DNA from: Myxococcota bacterium
GTDB lineage: Bacteria; Myxococcota_A; UBA796; SXON01
NCBI GenBank assembly: GCA_040386535.1
Contig: JAZKFH010000024.1
Coordinates: forward strand, 32,001 to 96,000
Length of the DNA stretch: 64,000 nt
Direction of reading: 5' to 3'
The notes beneath the pieces were generated by a model. The model did no database searches. It was not told the DNA's origin and saw only the letters and a list, made by a program, of their open reading frames with translations. This document shows, piece by piece, positions 60,152-64,000 of this stretch. The translations under genes were made by a program, and so were the position numbers. How positions within the stretch are numbered: the stretch's first letter is position 1; every line of letters begins with the position of its first letter.

Positions 60152-61074
60152 GCACCGACCGCCCCACCGGCTACCGCCCCACCCACGACTGGCCGCGCTG
60201 GACCCCGGGCACGGGGGCCGGCGGCACGTGGAAGCAGTCCCCCGACGACTTCCAGGTGACCGAGGTGCCGCTCATCGTGCCGACGGGCGCCGGCGAGCAC
60301 CAGTGGCTCCGCATCGAGAAGGTGGGCTTCACCACGCAGGACGTGGTCGACGAGCTCTCGTTCCGCGCCGGCGTGCCCCCCGACAGCGTCGGCTACGCCG
60401 GTCTCAAGGACCGCTTCGCGCGCACCGTCCAGGACTTCACGATCCACTTCGGCAAGGAGGTCACGAGCCTCCCCGAGGGCATGCGCATCGTCGAGCGCAC
60501 CCGCAACGCCCGGCGGCTCCGCTCGGGGCAGCTCGTCGGCAACGACTTCGCGTTGTTCGTGATCGGCGGCGATCCGGTGGTCGCCAGGGCCCGGCTGGAG
60601 CTGCTCCGGGCGACCGGGATGCCGAACTACTACGGCGCCCAGCGGGTCGGCGGCACCGCGCCCGGCGAGGGGCGGGCCATCCTGCTCGGCGGCGGGCCCC
60701 GGCTGCGCCACAACCAGCTCAAGTTCGTGCTCTCGGCGTACCAGTCGCTGCTGTTCAACCGGGTGCTCGCCGCCCGCGGCCCCGCGCGGCTCGAAGGTGA
60801 TGTCGAGGAGGACGGCATCCCGACGGGCCCGATGTTCGGCCCGACGATGAAGGTGCCGACCGGCGCGGCCCTGGCCCTGGAGCAACAGGTGCTCGCCGAC
60901 GAGGGGCTCCCCGGCAACGCCTGGACCCGCTTCGAGAAGCTCACCCAGGGCACCCGCCGCAAGTTGTGGGTGCCGGTCGAGGCGACGGTGACCGAGGCCG
61001 ACGGCGGGTTCTGGCTGCGCTTTCGCCTGCCCGCCGGGAGCTACGCGACCGAGCTGCTGGAGGAGATCCTTTAG
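60148..61074 (+). CDS. truD: tRNA pseudouridine(13) synthase
   Basis: DFQVTE, GEHQWL, YAGLKD, GNDF, PNYYGAQR, FRLPAGSYAT; GTGA overlap start. Confidence 0.92.
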   Translation: MSTDRPTGYRPTHDWPRWTPGTGAGGTWKQSPDDFQVTEVPLIVPTGAGEHQWLRIEKVGFTTQDVVDELSFRAGVPPDSVGYAGLKDRFARTVQDFTIHFGKEVTSLPEGMRIVERTRNARRLRSGQLVGNDFALFVIGGDPVVARARLELLRATGMPNYYGAQRVGGTAPGEGRAILLGGGPRLRHNQLKFVLSAYQSLLFNRVLAARGPARLEGDVEEDGIPTGPMFGPTMKVPTGAALALEQQVLADEGLPGNAWTRFEKLTQGTRRKLWVPVEATVTEADGGFWLRFRLPAGSYATELLEEIL

Positions 61075-61107
61075 GGTCCCCTCCGCACTTGCTCTCCTCG
61101 GCGCTGG

Positions 61108-61599
61108 CTAGAAGTACCAGCGCCCGCCCGCCGCGCCGCGGGGGCTGATGAGGCAGAAGCCGGCGTAGGCGCCGTACCCCGAGCACAGGTTGAGCGGGTA
61201 GACGCCCAGGCCCACGTCGACGAAGACGCTCGCGGGGACCTTGTTGAACTGGAGCTCAATGCCGACGCCGCCGCCGACGCCGATCTGGGCGCCGGTGTAG
61301 CCGAAGTAGGTCCAGAGCCCGACGTCGACGCCGGCGTCCCAGTACATGTCCAGGCGGCCGAAGTCCCAGTCGCCGAACTCGACGAACTCGGACTCGAAGT
61401 TGACGCGGGCGCCGTGGTAGATGCCGGAGCTTCCCAGGTAGGCGGCGATACCGGACTTCTCGCTCAGGTAGAACTTCCCGGTGGCGGAGATGGCGAATGG
61501 CCCGGAGGCGACTCCGATCCCGAACTTCTTGGTGGTAGCTACGTCACTGGCTTCGACGACGGATGACAGGGCGAGGGCAAGCAGCACGCGATTCTCCAA
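61108..61599 (-). CDS. Small outer-membrane beta-barrel protein (DUF3996-like)
   Basis: Signal peptide; KFGIGV...ISATGKFYL, GVGIEL, C-terminal GGRWYF. Confidence 0.7.
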   Translation of the reverse strand: MENRVLLALALSSVVEASDVATTKKFGIGVASGPFAISATGKFYLSEKSGIAAYLGSSGIYHGARVNFESEFVEFGDWDFGRLDMYWDAGVDVGLWTYFGYTGAQIGVGGGVGIELQFNKVPASVFVDVGLGVYPLNLCSGYGAYAGFCLISPRGAAGGRWYF

Positions 61600-61702
61600 A
61601 TTCCTACGGAGACTAACGCGTACTCGCGCATGAGGCCCGGTAGTGCGTTAGTCACCGCTCGCTCGACTGAACGAGCAATTCGTGCCACACGAAGGACTAT
61701 CC

Positions 61703-62161
61703 ATGAAGAACCTCCTCCTCGCCCTCGCGGCCACCGCGACGCTCGCGGGCTGCAACCTCAAGTCCCACTCGTTCCCCGGCGCGCCGCTCCCGTTCGCCAG
61801 CGTCGACTACGACGTGATGGGCGCCACCAGCGCCGAAGCCTGCGGCACCTACATCTTCGGCATCGACTTCGGCCACCTCTTCACCGACAACCAAGGCTCG
61901 GCCTCGGCCGCGGCCGGTGGCGATCCGCTCTCCGCCATCCTCGGCATGCTCCCGATCGGCGGGCCCTCGCCCGAGGCCGGCCGCGCGCTGTACGACGCGA
62001 TGGAGAAGATGCCCGAGGCGACCAACCTCTACTCCCCCAAGATCCACGAGACCGTCACCGGCATCTCCCCGTTCGGCACCCCGATCTTCGGCCAGCGCTG
62101 CGCCGAGGTCGAGGCCCGCGGCGTCAAGCTCGGCAAGGGTCCCGTCCCGAACGCGCACTAG
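61703..62161 (+). CDS. Hypothetical lipoprotein
   Basis: AAGGA RBS; MKNLLLALAATATLAGC lipobox; two further Cys. Confidence 0.75.
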   Translation: MKNLLLALAATATLAGCNLKSHSFPGAPLPFASVDYDVMGATSAEACGTYIFGIDFGHLFTDNQGSASAAAGGDPLSAILGMLPIGGPSPEAGRALYDAMEKMPEATNLYSPKIHETVTGISPFGTPIFGQRCAEVEARGVKLGKGPVPNAH

Positions 62162-62269
62162 TCCGCGCGGCGCGGGTCTCGCCCGCGCTGCCCGTCCTCC
62201 ACACCCTCCCCGGTCACTCGGCGGAGGGTGTGGTCGTTTTGGCGGTCCGCGCGGGGGGGCCCGATCGCT

Positions 62270-63154
62270 CTACTTCAGCCAGCCGCGCTCGAGCTGCGCC
62301 TCGGCCGTCCCCTCGGCCCAGAGCAGGTACTGATCGAGCTCCGAAGTGCTCGCCTGCCCCTTCTGCGCCTGGATGTGGCGGCCCAGGAGCGGCATCGACC
62401 ACGCGGGGCGGCCCGACACCGTGTCGTAGAGCACCACGAGGGCCTCCACGCGGGCGCCGGCGGTGCAGCCGAAGGTCTGGCCGAGGAACCAGCCGCCGTT
62501 GTGGGTGTAGTACGAGCGGAGGTAGGGCACGATGACCCAGCGGGAGCCGCCCAGCGTGGCACGCTGAGCGCTGTCGAGCGCCGCGGGGATGAGCTCGGTG
62601 CGAGGGAGGTTCACGTTGTCGTGGCCGTCCTCCGGGTGGAGCCCGCGGAAGCGCTGGCGTTCGGGGACCGGGGCGACCGCGGGCGCGGGCGCGCCAATGG
62701 GCACGTCGACCGCGTCGAGCACGCGGGGCAGCGCGTCCGACAACCAGCGCGTGCCGTCAGCCGCGTACCGCGCATCGAGGCCGAACTCGATGAGGCGCGC
62801 GCGCACCTCGAGCGCCACATCGCCCGTGCGCACGAAGCCCCCGCCGAAGCGGATGTTGCCGAAGAACTCGTTGCGCAGGAACGCGGCGTCGCGCGGGTTC
62901 TCCACGTCGAGCACGGAGGGCGTCGCGAGGTGCTCCTCCCCTTCGCGCAGGCGCGCCTCGATCTCTCCCATCGCGAGCGACGGGGCGATCGGCGCCGCGG
63001 GGAGGTCCTGCATGCGCACCACCGGCGCGATCGACACGCCTTCCGCGCGCACGGCGCGTGCGATGTCGGGGTCCAGCTTGCCGGAGGACACGATGGGCTC
63101 CCGCTTCGCGCACGCCGTCACCACCAGGATCAGCGCCAACAGGGCCCCTCTCAC
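62270..63154 (-). CDS. Hypothetical lipoprotein
   Basis: Lipobox VTAC; GTGA coupling to the upstream gene. Confidence 0.7.
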   Translation of the reverse strand: MRGALLALILVVTACAKREPIVSSGKLDPDIARAVRAEGVSIAPVVRMQDLPAAPIAPSLAMGEIEARLREGEEHLATPSVLDVENPRDAAFLRNEFFGNIRFGGGFVRTGDVALEVRARLIEFGLDARYAADGTRWLSDALPRVLDAVDVPIGAPAPAVAPVPERQRFRGLHPEDGHDNVNLPRTELIPAALDSAQRATLGGSRWVIVPYLRSYYTHNGGWFLGQTFGCTAGARVEALVVLYDTVSGRPAWSMPLLGRHIQAQKGQASTSELDQYLLWAEGTAEAQLERGWLK

Positions 63155-64000
63155 GCGGCCCCCTGCGTGGCCGACGCGCGGCTCCGACCGACGACCTCGC
63201 GCAACGAGAGACCCTCCCAGACGAGAAAGAAGAGGCCCGCGCCCACCGTGAAGCCGAATTGGCCGAGGTGGAGCAGGACCGCGAAGGTGCGGGCGCGGTC
63301 GGCGTCGGCGCCGAGCATCACGAGGCCCGCGGAGCAGAAGGCCTCGAACCCGCCGAAGAAGCCGGGGGTGGGGGCGACCGTCATGCCCGCGAGCGTGACG
63401 GACCAGACGGTGAGCGCGTTGCCGAGGCTCACGGGGAGCCCGGGGAACGCCGCGAGGTGGACGTAGACGGCCAGGATCGTGACCCCCCAGATGACGATGG
63501 ACGTGACGAGCACCTCCGCCAGCGCCGCCGGGCGCCGGGCGAGCGTCCGGATGCCCTCGTGGAAGCGCCGCAGGAAGCTCCCGAGGGGCAGCCGGTCGGT
63601 GAGGCGGAGGATCGGCTCGCCGACGACGAGCAGCACGACGAGGCCCACGGTGCCGAGCGCCACGAGGGTGCCGACCGCGCGCTGGCCGGCCCGGAGCACG
63701 TCGATGCCCTCGACCACGATGCGGCCCTCGGGCAGATCGACCACGAAGCCCACGAGCATCATCATGCCGAGCAGCATGAACATGTCGACGAGGCGCTCGA
63801 TGAAGATCGCGGCGAGGCCGGCCCCGAAGGGGATCTGCTCCTTCTCTGCGAGCAGCGTGGGCCGCACGAACTCGCCCATGCGGAGCGGCACGACGTTGAT
63901 GGCGAGGTACCCGATCGAGAGGATGGAGAGCAGGCGCACGAACGGCACCGGGCGCCCCAGGATCGTGCGCAGGCGCACCACGCGGAGGGAGTGGGCCCCG
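63151..64000 (-). CDS. Lysylphosphatidylglycerol-synthase-TM/flippase-like membrane protein (5' end outside the window)
   Basis: GYLAINVVPLRMGEFVR, IERLVD, PTPGFFGGFE motifs. Confidence 0.85.
   Translation of the reverse strand, partial: GAHSLRVVRLRTILGRPVPFVRLLSILSIGYLAINVVPLRMGEFVRPTLLAEKEQIPFGAGLAAIFIERLVDMFMLLGMMMLVGFVVDLPEGRIVVEGIDVLRAGQRAVGTLVALGTVGLVVLLVVGEPILRLTDRLPLGSFLRRFHEGIRTLARRPAALAEVLVTSIVIWGVTILAVYVHLAAFPGLPVSLGNALTVWSVTLAGMTVAPTPGFFGGFEAFCSAGLVMLGADADRARTFAVLLHLGQFGFTVGAGLFFLVWEGLSLREVVGRSRASATQGAA

Noticed and set aside
61540..61700. Lower-GC patch as a horizontally acquired island or ncRNA
   Set aside because: Short, and explained by a divergent promoter region plus a signal-peptide coding start; no mobility genes or convincing structure.

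Overview
Very GC-rich (by eye about 70% or more, not computed), gene-dense bacterial chromosome segment. It is most likely from a Myxococcota-like organism, inferred from MYXO-CTERM-like sorting tails and many lipoproteins with Asp-Thr/Asp-Ala linkers. It holds about 63 genes. Housekeeping genes: gluQ, trmB-like, rsgA, sucB, glpK, a phosphohexomutase, gph-like, khpA, hutU, rpoZ, groES-groEL, pssA, lysC, truD and a two-component system. Envelope and secreted proteins of unknown function are numerous. I saw no rRNA, tRNA, transposase, integrase, prophage or CRISPR array. Main signals missing from the ORF track: (1) a 75-aa Rdx/SelW-family selenoprotein gene at 13250-13477 (-) with an in-frame UGA in a CxxU motif and a SECIS-like hairpin directly after it; (2) just upstream, a ~335-bp element of two tandem ~133-bp imperfect palindromes with purine and pyrimidine arms; (3) a 161-nt rod-like hairpin between an orphan Flp-like pilin gene and a fused membrane/spermidine-synthase gene. 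Also notable: a VKOR-DsbA / Cys-rich OmpA-like / TlpA operon, a UshA-like-tetraheme cytochrome c fusion, a DprE1/DprE2-like pair, and a TPR protein with two ClpX-type zinc fingers. Many long ORFs in the track are GC-rich shadow frames. Start codons were reassigned by eye, and product calls rest on motif recognition, not database searches.
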